Below are positions 13,451-26,289 of a stretch of DNA of 64,000 nt, piece after piece. Every line of letters begins with the position of its first letter. Positions within the stretch are counted from its first letter, which is position 1. This DNA comes from Eledone cirrhosa (taxonomy: Eukaryota): assembly GCA_964016885.1 (NCBI GenBank), contig OZ024755.1, positions 14,074,001 to 14,138,000 on the forward strand, in the 5' to 3' direction. Position numbers and translations under genes: made by a program. The notes under the pieces were generated by a model. The model was given only the letters and a program-made list of their open reading frames with translations, did not search any database and was not told where the DNA came from.

Positions 13451-13794
13451 AACTCCTAAATGAAGAATCTTTTTTTTTTTTTGCCTTAAATTGTTCATAA
13501 TTATCTGCTGTTACATGGCGTAAAACGGTCTCAGAAAGTGCACTTAGCGTGATGCATTTCTTTAATAAAGACGCCTTCGTGTGTACGTGTGTACGTGTAT
13601 AAATGTATGTATATTTATATATATATGTGTATGTGTGTGCGTATGTGTGTGTATAATATATACATATATATATAGAGAGAGAGGGGGTGAGAGAGAGCGC
13701 AGAGAGAAGAGAAATATATAGATGGATAGACATACTTTGGGATATTACGATCACCAAATCACACAGAAACACACATATATATACACACACACAC

Positions 13795-13875
<81 letters not shown>

Positions 13876-14659
13876 CATATATATATATATATTTATATAC
13901 ATATATATATATATACGCAAAAGCACATGTTTTATGTTTGCATGATCGAAGCATACTTAAATGTGTGTGCGTGTGTTTATGTGTGTGTGTGTATATGTAA
14001 ATGTATGTGTGTGTGTATATGTCTTTCTGAGCGTATCTGATTGTTACATACATTTACCAAAGCAGGGAGCTATAGATTCCTGGGGAACGAAAATATATAC
14101 CAGTTTTAGTGATATCCAGCAAACCTTTGATGGTCTTAATTGATTTTGTACATAGTGAATCCTGCCATATTATTAGCATTATTGATTATCTACCCAAAGG
14201 TTCAATCAACACCACCCACTATGAAGACTGAGTCGGTGGTTCTTCGAAGAAACAAACATAAAATAACGATGGATTTTCCCCACCTCCATTTTGGTAAGTT
14301 TTCACTGTTTTCTCTCGTAACACAAATCAATGGTTGTACTTTGGTGTAGTTATTGATATTGTTAGGAGTGAAACCTGTGGACGCAACATGGCTTAATAAA
14401 ATAGAAGGGTGGGCTAAAAAGTTCATAGTTTGATTACGAATGAATGATGCTAAAGCTGTGAAACAGTACGTAAACAGAATTGTTTGTTTTCAAACTAGAG
14501 ATCCAAAACAAGTTATATAAAGAATATAGATTAATATATTCTATAGAAGAATAGAGCTCTAAGTCTACAGTAAACAAGGCAACTCAGTTTTGGTAATACA
14601 AGAGCGGCTCTTTGGAAAGCATCTTCTACTAGATACGCCGTGCTAACCTAAGCTTTCTC

Positions 14660-14870
14660 AGGGGAATTCGGGCTGGCAGAAACTGTACGGAAGGCAGAAA
14701 CTGTACGGGGGCGTAGGTTTGCTTTGTCGGTAAACTTAATTCTTCACCACGTTTAACACCACCACCTGATCCTTGATAGTCTTTAGTGAAGTCCACTCTG
14801 TTACAAGTATTCAGACCAAGTTTCAAGACTGATAGTAGCTTAACATTCGTCATTTTGTTATCCCCTTTCT
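14660..14870 (+). pseudogene. Possible degraded LINE AP-endonuclease relic
   Basis: GGVGLL (ggg ggc gta ggt ttg ctt) and a downstream CY(S)P-like remnant; frameshifted. Contains a short tandem duplication of ggcagaaactgtacgg. Confidence 0.3.
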
Positions 14871-16243
14871 TCCGACGGTCACGGATTCTCAGAAAAGATC
14901 ACGAGCATTGTACCTCCAAAGCTGACTAAGATTAGAACAGTGGATCAAAAATATACTTTATCGTGGATCCCAAACTTATCTCCAACATCATAGCTTTAAT
15001 AAGACATTAAATGAAACAAAAATTATTTTAGGAAAATAATTTCGTCATATAAAAAATAAATATAATAATGAAAGAAGCTGATCGTCAGATCAAACCAAAG
15101 AAACTGTTTTTACTTGTCTTTCCAATTTTCATACTATCCACTTAGGACCGGAGATAGGATTTTAATTCAGAATTTGCACAACTAGAACAGGCACTGCAAA
15201 CTGTCCCGACCGACTCATAAATAATTCCACCAATTCACCACCCCTTGACAGATACTATATTTATCGACGACTTCGATAGAATGAAATGCACTGTTGAACT
15301 CGACGGGATTTGAATTCAGAGCACAGAAAGTTGGAAAAGTTAATTAATCCAATACTGTTAACTTCTTATTTTGCGGAACTTCAGATTTTTTTCTCAGAAC
15401 TCTGGGATTTTTTGGAAGCCACATTGGAAAACACTTATAGAAAAAAATATCAACATATCCATGTATATCTCTGCCAACAGAGAAACGAAATAAACATTGG
15501 AATTATTCCAAAACAAATCTTTTGTGAAATTCACTCACTAAATAGTAGGTATATTACAGAGATACAACAACTGTATCTAATATCATTAGGGAACAACATA
15601 CAAGGATAGATTATATTTGGAGAGGGTATGGAGAATTAAGCGGGTATGGGGGAAGGAGAGAGTATGAGGGAAGAAGAGAGAGAGTTTGAAGGAAGAAGAG
15701 CAAAATAAACTTTGATAATAGAAACATCTGGCAACTTTTGTAATAAACAAAATAACGTATGAATGGAGTCAATATGTGAATTAGAGAGTTATCATTTTAC
15801 GCCCGTCTTCTCATGCTGGCAAGGGTAAAGCAAAACCGGGAGTATTTCTCAGTGCTTGTGAGCGTTAAGCGACTGAGAGTATAAGAATACCCACTGGAAA
15901 GTCATTAGTCCATCAAAGCTAGTGGTACTTATTTTTGCGGCTAGTGGTACTTATTTTTGATCTGGATCAAGGGCAAATGAAATGCCTTGTTCAAGAATAG
16001 AACTCATGTCTATGTAATTATAAGTCTAACATCCTAACCACCAAGCCACATACATACATGCACGCACGCACACATATATATACAAACATACATAAATACA
16101 TAAATACATACGTACATACATACATATTTACGTACGTACGTACATACATATGTACGTACATTCGTACGTAAGTACGTACATACATAAATGAGTGTATACA
16201 CATGCATTCATACATACATGCATATATATATATATATATACAA

Positions 16244-16274
<31 letters not shown>

Positions 16275-16416
16275 CCCACGCGCATACATACATGTATACA
16301 TGTATACATACTTACATATATGCACATATACATACATACACACAAACACATAAATACACACATGCATACACAAACACCACCACACATACACACACATATA
16401 TATATACATACACACG

Positions 16417-16470
<54 letters not shown>

Positions 16471-16516
16471 AACACTCATACACACACACATATACACACA
16501 TACATACACACACATA

Positions 16517-16547
<31 letters not shown>

Positions 16548-16549
16548 AG

Positions 16550-16606
<57 letters not shown>

Positions 16607-16854
16607 CAAACAACAAAGAAATAACAAAGTACAACAAAATGTGATATAGATACATGAAATGTGAAGTGAATGTGAATGTGTCGGTAGTTTGATATTGTCA
16701 TTTCTTTGATCAATGGTGCTTGATCGGCTAAACGTTGTAGATTGGTGAATCACCATCGATCTATCGATTACTACACAACTAGTATTTATTAACTGAATAA
16801 CTACAAAAGTAATACTTTGATCAGTGCTTGAAACGGTATTTATGAGATTTGAAA

Positions 16855-16941
<87 letters not shown>

Positions 16942-17156
16942 TTATGTATATACATATATATATACATATATATATACATATATATATATATGTGTGTGTA
17001 TGTGTATGTGTATGTATATAAATGTATATATACATTATATATATATATTGCATATATGTATATACATATATATATATCAATATTTGTATATTTATATGTG
17101 TACATATACACATACATATATATATATGTATATACGCACATATATATATATATATG

Positions 17157-17217
<61 letters not shown>

Positions 17218-17367
17218 GTCTTTTGTTATTTTTCTAGTTCACTCGGTTGCTGTTGCTGTCGCTGCTGTTGTAGTTATTTTGTTGTCACAGTTGCTTTGCT
17301 GTTGCTGTTATTGTTGTTGTTGTTGTTGAATGAGAACGTTATTCAAAAATATTCTGAGAGATTAGTG

Positions 17368-17381
17368 GTAGCCATGGAAAC
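17368..17381. promoter_or_regulatory. Candidate RFX X-box
   Basis: GTAGCCATGGAAAC resembles the GTNNCCATGGNAAC X-box; it is followed by a GC-richer unique segment at 17400-17620. Confidence 0.35.
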
Positions 17382-17862
17382 ATAATTTAACGATTTTTTG
17401 GGGGGGCTTTTTTGCTTTGCTTCTTTTTCCCCAGTCGCTGCCAGCAGTGAGAGAGAGAGTAAGCGAGGGAGAGCAAGGATGGCGGGAGAGATAAAGGGAA
17501 GGAGAAGCTAGCTGCAGTTGGACTAGTCAATCGGGTACCAGTCTGCTAGGTCACCGGGTGGAATATTATAGGTCGGCCAGTTCCAAAGTAATTCACCGTG
17601 TATTTCACGCAGACATAGCTTCACAACTATTAAATCCCTAGTTCGATCACTAACCTTTACCTTTAATTACATTTCTCCACATTGAATTTAAATGTGTTAC
17701 AATCATTCATTCTTTGCCCAATTTTCTGACCAATATATATATACGGACCATCCGTTGGGAATATACCTTATTCTCTACCGACTCTGCAAATTCATATGTA
17801 TTGTTACTACCCTGGTGTGCGATCTTCTCGGTTCTCGAACCAAAAACACTTCATATCTGCAA

Positions 17863-18000
17863 CATATTGATGCCCTAAGGACAGACACTGGTCTGTTGGA
17901 GATGCAGGATATGGCAGCGATAATGAGGGACAGAGACCGCTGGAGAGAACTCGTCCATGGATCTCGGGAATTTTACCCGCCTTAGATAGATAGATAGATA
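17863..18000 (+). mobile_element. Extreme 3' end of an RTE/RTEX-type LINE with (TAGA)n tail
   Basis: HIDALRTDTGL..MRDRDRWRELV..stop matches the RTE C-terminal D-x-G / DR-x-x-WR pattern and runs directly into (TAGA)n. Confidence 0.7.
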
Positions 18001-18197
18001 GATATATATATATATAGCTTTATCCTATTACCCACTCTACTACCCTAAGTATTGAGTTCTCTGGTGCGTTATGGTCCATATGGTTCCTTACCACACCTCC
18101 TTCGTTATATATATATATATATATATATATCATCAGTCGTAAAATCATCCTCATCATCATCACCATTATCATCACCACCATCCCCAACAGCACAAAT

Positions 18198-18229
<32 letters not shown>

Positions 18230-19007
18230 TATCTTCACCTTTTTATATTTCATATAAATTTTCACTTCAAATTCCCCAATGGAGGACGAGACTGGGGAGG
18301 GGAAGGGGAAAGAGGGGCGAGGGAGGAGGAGAAACGGGAGGAAGCTGAGGAGATGGAGGTGGAGGATGGAGGAACAGGAGGAGGAATAACAGGAGAAGCG
18401 GGAGGAGGAACGGCAGGATGAGGAAGAGTGGAAGGAGGAGGAATAGATGACTAGCAGGAGGAGGGGTGGAGGAGAAGGCGAAGAAATACAGAACGATATC
18501 GTATAAAGCAATGATATTGTTTTGAAGGTGAATTTTATCGATAATGTTTGACACATTAAATATATATTTTATCAATAAAGAGATCAGAAATAGACATAAG
18601 GGGTAGTTTTTCTTGTTTTAGTTTTTTTTTTATAATTCTATTAAAATCTATATTTCTATTTCTGTTCGGTAATTGAGTGATGCAATAACCAAGAAAGTGA
18701 AATAATAATGAAATGATGACCTCATAGACATGAGTACTTCTATCTATCTATCTTATCTATCTATCTATCTCTCTCTCTATGGGTTTCAATTTCTCAACGG
18801 GGATCTGGGGGCACCGTCGTGATAGATGGTGTGTCTTGTGTAAATCTAGTGGAGAGCATCCCTCTCCACATCTGAACACATCAGATTTCATCCCGAGGAA
18901 GAAATAGAGGGGGATAGAAGAGGAAGAAAGTTGGAGAGCGTGAGAGAAGAATAAAAGGACAGAAGGGATGGGAGAGAAAAAGACATCAAAGAAATAGAGA
19001 GGTAGAA

Positions 19008-19523
19008 TCGACCCTAGTATTGAACTGGTATTTTTTTATCGATCTTGAAAGGATGAAAGACAAAGTTGACTTCGGCAGGATTTGGAATCGAGCCTCAAAA
19101 AGCTGGAACTAATACTGCAAAGTATTCTACTCGATGTCCTCAAGACTCTGCCATTTTCCCACGTAGTTCTATAGGAGGCTATGAAATACACTATACGTTA
19201 AGAAAGGGCTTGTGTAAGAAAGTAAAGTTGTGTAAGAAAGTCCAATTGAGGGATCAGAAAGGAAATCTGGGGGTGTTGTAAGAGCTACTTCAATATCTTC
19301 TGCTCAGAGGAGGGGGGACAAAAACAGAGTCGTTAGAGCGTCGGACATAATTCTTTGTGTTATTTGTTCCAATTCTTTACGTTCTCAGTTCAATTTCCAC
19401 CGAAGTCGACTTTGCTTTTCATCTTTCCAAGATCGATGAAATAAGGTACCAGTTAAAAACTGGGGTAGATTTAATCAACAATCTGTCTCCACAATTGCTA
19501 GCCTAGTGCCGCAATTAGAAACC
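19008..19523. mobile_element. Two SINE family A copies in opposite orientation (19008-19160 minus; 19325-19523 plus)
   Basis: Central domain and B box are recognisable in both. Confidence 0.75.
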
Positions 19524-19708
19524 ATTGTTTTTATTGTTGTTAAGGTGATAGGTTGGCAATATCAGTAGAGCATCGGACAAAATTCTTTGTTGTAGCTCGC
19601 ATTATTGTTGTTGCTCTTGTTGTTGCTGTTGCTTTTGTTGCTCTTATTGCTGTTATCATATGCTTTTGTTGTTGTTGACGTTGCTCTTGTTGGTGATGAT
19701 GCTGTTGC

Positions 19709-19740
<32 letters not shown>

Positions 19741-19830
19741 CTGGTCTTGTTGCTCTGGATGTTTTTGTTGTAGCATTAGTTGTCGTTGCTGCTGCTGCTG
19801 CTGCTGCTGTTGTTGTTGTTGTTGTTATTG

Positions 19831-19898
<68 letters not shown>

Positions 19899-19901
19899 GT
19901 T

Positions 19902-21369
19902 CTTTGAGTCTCAGTCATTGATGTTAGTTAACTGGAAAGTTTGTTGAAATGAATATCAAGCCACTACCTGCAGCCTCAGATATTCAGGACGTATCGGAGG
20001 GTTCTTACTGTTCCCAGCAAGCATGCCTTTTGAAGCGTTCCAAAAAGCGTGGCGGGGCCATTTTTCTTTAACCATCCCTGGAAACTTTTTGAGATAGTAC
20101 CTAGTGCGCCTATGACTTCATGGCAGTTCCAAATCCTTTTTACCTCCCACTTTAAGTCCTGGTATCGGTTAATTTTCTCCCTCTCCTTCTCTTGCACTCT
20201 CGTGTCGAATGGGCAGGCCACATCCACAATCAGGCACGATCTTTTTTCCTTGTCCAAAAGCACCAGATCAGGTCTATTGTGTTACAGTTTCTTGTCCGTC
20301 CGTATACTAAAATCCCACAGCACCTTCACCTGATCGTTTACTATCACCGACTCTGGCTTATGCTCATACCACTTCTCAGAATGTGGTAAATTGTTTACTT
20401 TGCATAGGTGCCAGTGGATCACCCTGCTCATCACATCATGTCTCCAGCCCTTATAGTGAGTCTGGGCTAGGTGTTTACACTCGGATACAATGTGAGCCAC
20501 AGTCTCCTCTCTCTCTCCACAGATACTGCACAGTGGGCTAGCCTCCTCCTTGTAAATATGGTGTTTCAACCACTTTGTTTTGAGGGCCTGCTCTTGCGCA
20601 GCCATTAGTATTCCTTCTGTAGCCTTTTTAAGGTCTCCTCTTTTTAACCAGTTCCATGTCTGTGGATCTCTGAATTCAGTTTTCTCAAAGAAGGTACTAT
20701 GAAGGGATTTTTCAGGAAGGCTGCTCTTTCTCCTTGTTGTTATTTCCTCCTTGGACATCCCCTGGTCTATTGTCCTCTCCTTCAGTACAATTCTGAGCAT
20801 TGGCTCCTTACTATCAGTCACGTATTTGTGTAGGTTGTTTTTCTCCATCTGAACACAGTCCTCTATGCTGATAAGACCTCTTCCGCCTTCAGATCTCCTT
20901 AAGTAGAGTCTATCGACATCACTCCTCTTGTGGAACATATTGTAGATAGTCAATAGCTTCCTAGTTTTCCTATCCATTTCTTTTTGTTCAGCAACATTCC
21001 ATCTCAGAATTCCCGCACAGTTTCGGGTGGAGAGATGTTACATTTTTAATCCAATACCCCTGCACACCATCTGGGCCTGGTGATTTCCAGTTGGTTAGTT
21101 TTTTGGCCTGCCCCTTAAGAGTTTCAACTGTGATACTTAAATCAGTTTGTTGGTGTGCCTGTTCACTAATCTCCTTTTGTACTGTCTCAATCCCCACTAC
21201 CTGGTCATTATGTTTAACATCCTGCTCCCATATTCCTCTCCAGAATGTCTTAGTTTGTTCCGCCTCAGGGACCAAGTCGTTGCCTCTTTCTTTCCCTTCA
21301 AGCTGTCCAAACAGCATCTTCTGGTTGTTGTCAAACATGCGGTTCTGTCTACTGTCTATACTGACTGAC
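19902..21369 (-). mobile_element. Dong/R4-like retrotransposon copy A, decayed, RT core internally deleted
   Basis: 19902-21018 is highly similar to copy B 21414-22548, with a premature stop (KKL*HNR) and an 18-bp deletion (KVIPIV). 21019-21369 encodes the pre-RT region QNRMFDNNQK..KSPGPDGVQGYWIK. Flanked by (TTA)n on both sides. Confidence 0.92.
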
Positions 21370-21404
<35 letters not shown>

Positions 21405-21413
21405 GTTGTTATT

Positions 21414-23452
21414 CCTTGAATCTCAGTCATTGATGTTGGTTAACTGGAAAGTCCGTTGGATTGAATATCAAGCCACTACCTGCAGCCTCAGATATTCAGG
21501 ACGTATCGGAGGGTTCTTGCTGTTCCAAGCAAGCATGCCTTTTGAAGCGTTCCAAAAAGCGTGAAGGGGCCGATTTTCTTTAACCATCCCTGGAAACTTT
21601 TGGAGATAGTCCCCAGTGCGCCTATGACAATCGGGATCACTTTGACTTCATGGCAGTTCCAAATCCTTTTCACCTCCCACTTTAGGTCCTGGTATCGGTT
21701 AATTTTCTCCCTCTCCTTCTCTTGCACTCTCGTGTCGAACGGGCAGGCCACATCCACAATCAGGCACGATCTTTTTTCTTTGTCCACAACCACCAGGTCA
21801 GGTCTATTGTGTTCCAGTTTTTTGTCCATCTGTATCCTAAAATCCCACAGCACCTTCACCTGATTGTTCTCCATCACCGCCTCTGGCCTATGCTCATACC
21901 ATTTCTCAGAATGTGGTAAATTGTTTACTTTGCACAGGTGCCAGTGGATCACCCTGCCCATCACATCGTGTCTCCAGCCCTTATAGTGGGTCTGGGCTAG
22001 GTGTTTACACTCGGACACAATGTGAGCCACAGTCTCCTCTCTCTCTCCACAGATCCTGCACAGTGGGCTAGCCTCCTCCTTGTAGATATGGTGCTTCAAC
22101 CACTTCGTTTTGAGGGCCTGCTCCTGCGCAGCCATTAGCATTCCTTCTGTAGCCTTTTTGAGGTCTCCTCTTCTCAACCAGTTCCATGTCTGTGGATCTC
22201 TAAATTCAGTTTTCTCAAAGAAGGTACTATGAAGGGATTTTCCCTTAAGGCTGCTCTTCCTCCTTGATGTTATTTCCTCCTTGGACATCCCCTGGCCTAC
22301 TGTCCCCTCCTTCAGTACAGTTCTGAGCATTGGCTCCTTACTATAGGTCACGTATTTGTATAGGTTGTTTTTCTCCATCTGAACACAGTCCTCTATGCTG
22401 ATAAGACCTCTTCCACCCTCAGATCTCCTTAGGTAGAGTCTATCGACATCACTCCTCTTGTGGAACATGTTGTAGATAGTCAATAGCTTCCTAGTCTTCC
22501 TATCCATTTCTTTTTGTTCAGCAACATTCCATCTCAGAATTCCCGCACTGTACCTAATAATAGACACAGCTCGGGAATTTACTGCGCTTATGGCATTTCT
22601 GCTGTTCAGATGTGACTTCAATACGCTCCTTACTCTCCGAATGTATTCAGTTCTTAACAATTCCTTCATTTTTTTGTTCTTTATGCCATCAGCCTCCAGA
22701 ACGCCCAAATACTTGTATCCTTCCTCAGAGTCAATTTCCTTTATCATCTCACCTGTTGGTATCTGGATCCCGTTACTTCTGCTCAACCTACCCCTCTCCA
22801 TCACAATGACTCCACATTTACCAATACCAAACTGCATACATATATCATTGCTGAAAATACGGACAGTGTCAACAAGCACATCCAACTCCTTCTCACTTTT
22901 CCCGAAGAGCTTAAGATCGTCCATGAAGAGGAGGTGATTGATGGTAAGCTCTCCCCTTCCCAACTTGTATCCTGCTCTCACTTTTCGCAGCATAATGGTC
23001 AAGGGCATCAGGGCAAGGACAAACAACAGAGGGGACAGGCTATCTCCCTGGAAGATACCTCTCTTGATCTTCACGCTTCCCAAGGATACTCCAGTTGATG
23101 TCAACTCTGTCTCCCAGGACCCCATACTCCTGCCTAGCAACTGTCTGATGTTATCTGCCACCCTGAAGACCTCCAGGCTTTTGGTGATCCAGGAATGAGG
23201 CACCATGTCAAATGCCTTTCTGTAGTCTATCCATCCCATGGCAAGATCAGTGTGTCTCCTCCTGCAATTCCCCATTACCATCTTATCAATAAGTAACTGG
23301 TCCTTTGTACCACGTGACTTCTTTCGGCATCCTTTCTGTTCGTCCGGTAACAAGTTGTTTGTGTGGAGGTGATGGTAGATTTCCTCAGACACAATGCTCG
23401 TCAACAGTTTCCACATTACGGACAGACATGTGATAGGTCTATAGTTGGTAAC
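21414..23452 (-). mobile_element. Dong/R4-like retrotransposon copy B, 5'-truncated, inserted in (TAA)n
   Basis: ORF above plus a ~75-nt 3' UTR. Bounded by (TTA)n tracts at 21370-21413 and 23453-23518. Confidence 0.92.
21488..23452 (-). CDS. 5'-truncated but uninterrupted ORF of an R4/Dong-clade non-LTR retrotransposon (RT + CCHC knuckle + restriction-like endonuclease)
   Basis: Open from [10 protein letters not shown] to the stop codon. RT motifs: [43 protein letters not shown]. Also [31 protein letters not shown], and RLE motif [24 protein letters not shown]. Confidence 0.95.
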   Translation of the reverse strand, partial: VTNYRPITCLSVMWKLLTSIVSEEIYHHLHTNNLLPDEQKGCRKKSRGTKDQLLIDKMVMGNCRRRHTDLAMGWIDYRKAFDMVPHSWITKSLEVFRVADNIRQLLGRSMGSWETELTSTGVSLGSVKIKRGIFQGDSLSPLLFVLALMPLTIMLRKVRAGYKLGRGELTINHLLFMDDLKLFGKSEKELDVLVDTVRIFSNDICMQFGIGKCGVIVMERGRLSRSNGIQIPTGEMIKEIDSEEGYKYLGVLEADGIKNKKMKELLRTEYIRRVRSVLKSHLNSRNAISAVNSRAVSIIRYSAGILRWNVAEQKEMDRKTRKLLTIYNMFHKRSDVDRLYLRRSEGGRGLISIEDCVQMEKNNLYKYVTYSKEPMLRTVLKEGTVGQGMSKEEITSRRKSSLKGKSLHSTFFEKTEFRDPQTWNWLRRGDLKKATEGMLMAAQEQALKTKWLKHHIYKEEASPLCRICGEREETVAHIVSECKHLAQTHYKGWRHDVMGRVIHWHLCKVNNLPHSEKWYEHRPEAVMENNQVKVLWDFRIQMDKKLEHNRPDLVVVDKEKRSCLIVDVACPFDTRVQEKEREKINRYQDLKWEVKRIWNCHEVKVIPIVIGALGTISKSFQGWLKKIGPFTLFGTLQKACLLGTARTLRYVLNI

Positions 23453-23521
<69 letters not shown>

Positions 23522-23689
23522 TAAATAGGAAAGCACGCAGTATATTATAGGTTCGGAAAGGGCTCCTGTAAATAAGTAAAGTTCATATAAACAACACCGT
23601 CTAAAACCATTGAACACCAGAGAGACCAATTAGTGAGCTTAGAGTTATTGTGGAAAAATATCTCGGTCTAAAACTAGCTGCAGGGGGAT

Positions 23690-24015
23690 TTCTTCTGGTT
23701 AATAGAACATACTATAAATAGGTTAGAGATGTCATTATTAAAGAAATTAAGAGAGAGAAGTAATTAATTATAAATACTGTCGGATCTCCGTCAGTTACTT
23801 TGAAGAGTGTTTCAGCGAGTGTCTTGCTCAAGGATTTCTGGTTAATAGCACATACTATAAATGGGTGTTATTCAAGAAATTAAGTTAGAGAAGTAATCTA
23901 TTATAAATACTGTTGGATCTCCATCTGTTACAGCGAGGAGTGTTCCAACGAAACATCTTGCTTGTGAATGTAATTGTCTTGCTCAAGGACTTCTGCTTAA
24001 TAGAACATATTATAG
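23690..24015. repeat. ~145-bp tandem duplication (about 2.2 units)
   Basis: tctggttaatagaacatactataaat-like block at 23694, 23837 and 23992. Confidence 0.8.
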
Positions 24016-24090
24016 ATGGATAAAAGATGTGGGTGAGATAGGGTAAAATCCCGACCGCAGCACCAAGCGATTTCAGCAGTGCAGAATATA

Positions 24091-24178
<88 letters not shown>

Positions 24179-24709
24179 ATGCGTTAGTGTATCTCAATCC
24201 TAATTCGAACACTAATTTTAATTCTAATTTTAATTATAACATTAACAATCACGTATTCATCTTTCTACACCTCTACATTCACCTGAACGAATAATAAAAC
24301 ACAAATCATTATTGAACAAGCTTTATCTCGTTCATTGTATTTTATCATATTCTAGCTTTTCCCTCTCAGCTCCTTATAGCTTACTCTTTTTATCTTTCTC
24401 TGAACCGCACGCACTACAAAAAATTAGTAAACTATACAACCCACTATATGTGTTTGTGTGTGTGAGTGTGTATATGTGTGTATGAGTGTGTGCGCGTGTG
24501 AATGTGTATGTGCGAAAGTGTGTGTGTATACATATAAGGATGAGGCTCAATTTAACTTAGTTGATAATGTGATATGATATCCAATAGGATTTAAAATACC
24601 AATTAGTTAAATTGAAAAAATATATGAGAAGAACTTCCTCCAATTTGATTGGGTGGTGAAAGTCGAAGACTTTTGAGAAGTTCACAAACGTTAAAGCTAC
24701 ATGTAAAAA

Positions 24710-24758
<49 letters not shown>

Positions 24759-25132
24759 CGAAGGAAATGTGGTAAGGAACCAGGTGGACCATATTAGCCG
24801 TCGAAACGGCTTGAGCTCAGCTGTCGAGGTCTTACTGGTTCCTATATATATATATTTTTTTTTTTTTTTTTTTTTCTTTACTTAATGCGAATAGTTACAA
24901 ATACATGTATCGAAACTGGGTCACAGAATTATTTTACTGGAGGTTTGACATCTACGACTACAACACGGTACTTGCAAGCTAACACCACTGAAACATTTCA
25001 GTATGAAAAATGCTTCAAGCTGTTTTTCTTAAATTGATTGGTGGGGAGTATTTTTTGCTGAACTGGGTAGATAAATAAATGTAGAGTAAAACGTAAATTT
25101 AATAAATCACTTTAACGATGGTAGCCAATAAT

Positions 25133-25180
<48 letters not shown>

Positions 25181-25368
25181 AGCAACACCAGCCATAGCAA
25201 GAACAGCAGCAACAACAAGAAAAAGCAGCAAGTTCGAAATAACAAATTTATTTAAAATTCGTGACCCGAGGACATTTTCTCATCTATCTAAAACAAAAAA
25301 GATTACTTTCGTGGAAAGCAAAGGGGACGTAAAGCTATTTCTTGAGAACACTGTAGTAATATATATAC

Positions 25369-25443
<75 letters not shown>

Positions 25444-25464
25444 AATGTATATATGCATGTATGA

Positions 25465-25500
<36 letters not shown>

Positions 25501-26028
25501 GTGTGTCTGTGTTGAATTCATATCAATACAGACACACTTAGGTGTAGATATAAATTTAATGTACACATCGGCTGTTTAGTGAACAATTTAATACATACAC
25601 ATACATATATATATAAATGTATATATACAAATATATATATATAAATATATGAATATATATGTGTGTGCGTGTGTATGCGTGTGTGGGTGTGTGTGTGTTT
25701 GGTTTTAAATGGTTCTCAGTACGTTAGTAGAGTATAAGTATATTAATTGTATAGTAATGAATTCTAGAGGAGTAGAACTGTTTCATTCGTAAGAAATCAT
25801 CAAGCAAGTCTAATGAGTTTTTACGAATGAAACATATATGTATATATATATATATACATATACACAGATACATAACATGAGTATTTTTGAAATGGTCTTA
25901 GTCTAGTGGCCACACATATACATATAATCACACATATATATATATAGAGAGAGAGAGAGATAGATAGATAGATATGTGTGTGTATTCTAGTATATATATA
26001 TATATATATAAATATATATATATGTATT

Positions 26029-26096
<68 letters not shown>

Positions 26097-26289
26097 TTAG
26101 TTGTCATAACTCCCAGGTCTGCTCTGACCCGGAGTAGTAGTACCTGTTAGGGCCCCATTTATGGATTAAATAACTACCTTATTCGAGTGGCGCCGGTAAG
26201 GTATTGTCAGCCATTGAAAAGAAAAAATATATATATATATATTACGGTTATTGTTTGTTCCCGTAAATTAGCGGTTAGACAAAAGAGAC

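Larger units (their letters stand above)
12640..17220. repeat. Dense compound (TA)n/(CA)n/(TACA)n microsatellite region (many more tracts throughout the window)
   Basis: Directly visible. Other large tracts: 5221-5395 (TA), 6185-6418 (CA), 8001-8123 (GAG/GAA), 19600-19900 (TTG/TTA), 52031-52120 (TG). Confidence 0.95.

Noticed and set aside
12605-17385. Many long IYIY/HTHT/CVCV ORFs (here and throughout the window)
   Set aside because: Translations of (TA)n/(CA)n microsatellites, open in several frames on both strands.
20049-23198. Plus-strand ORFs over the retrotransposon
   Set aside because: Antisense shadows of the RT/RLE frame.
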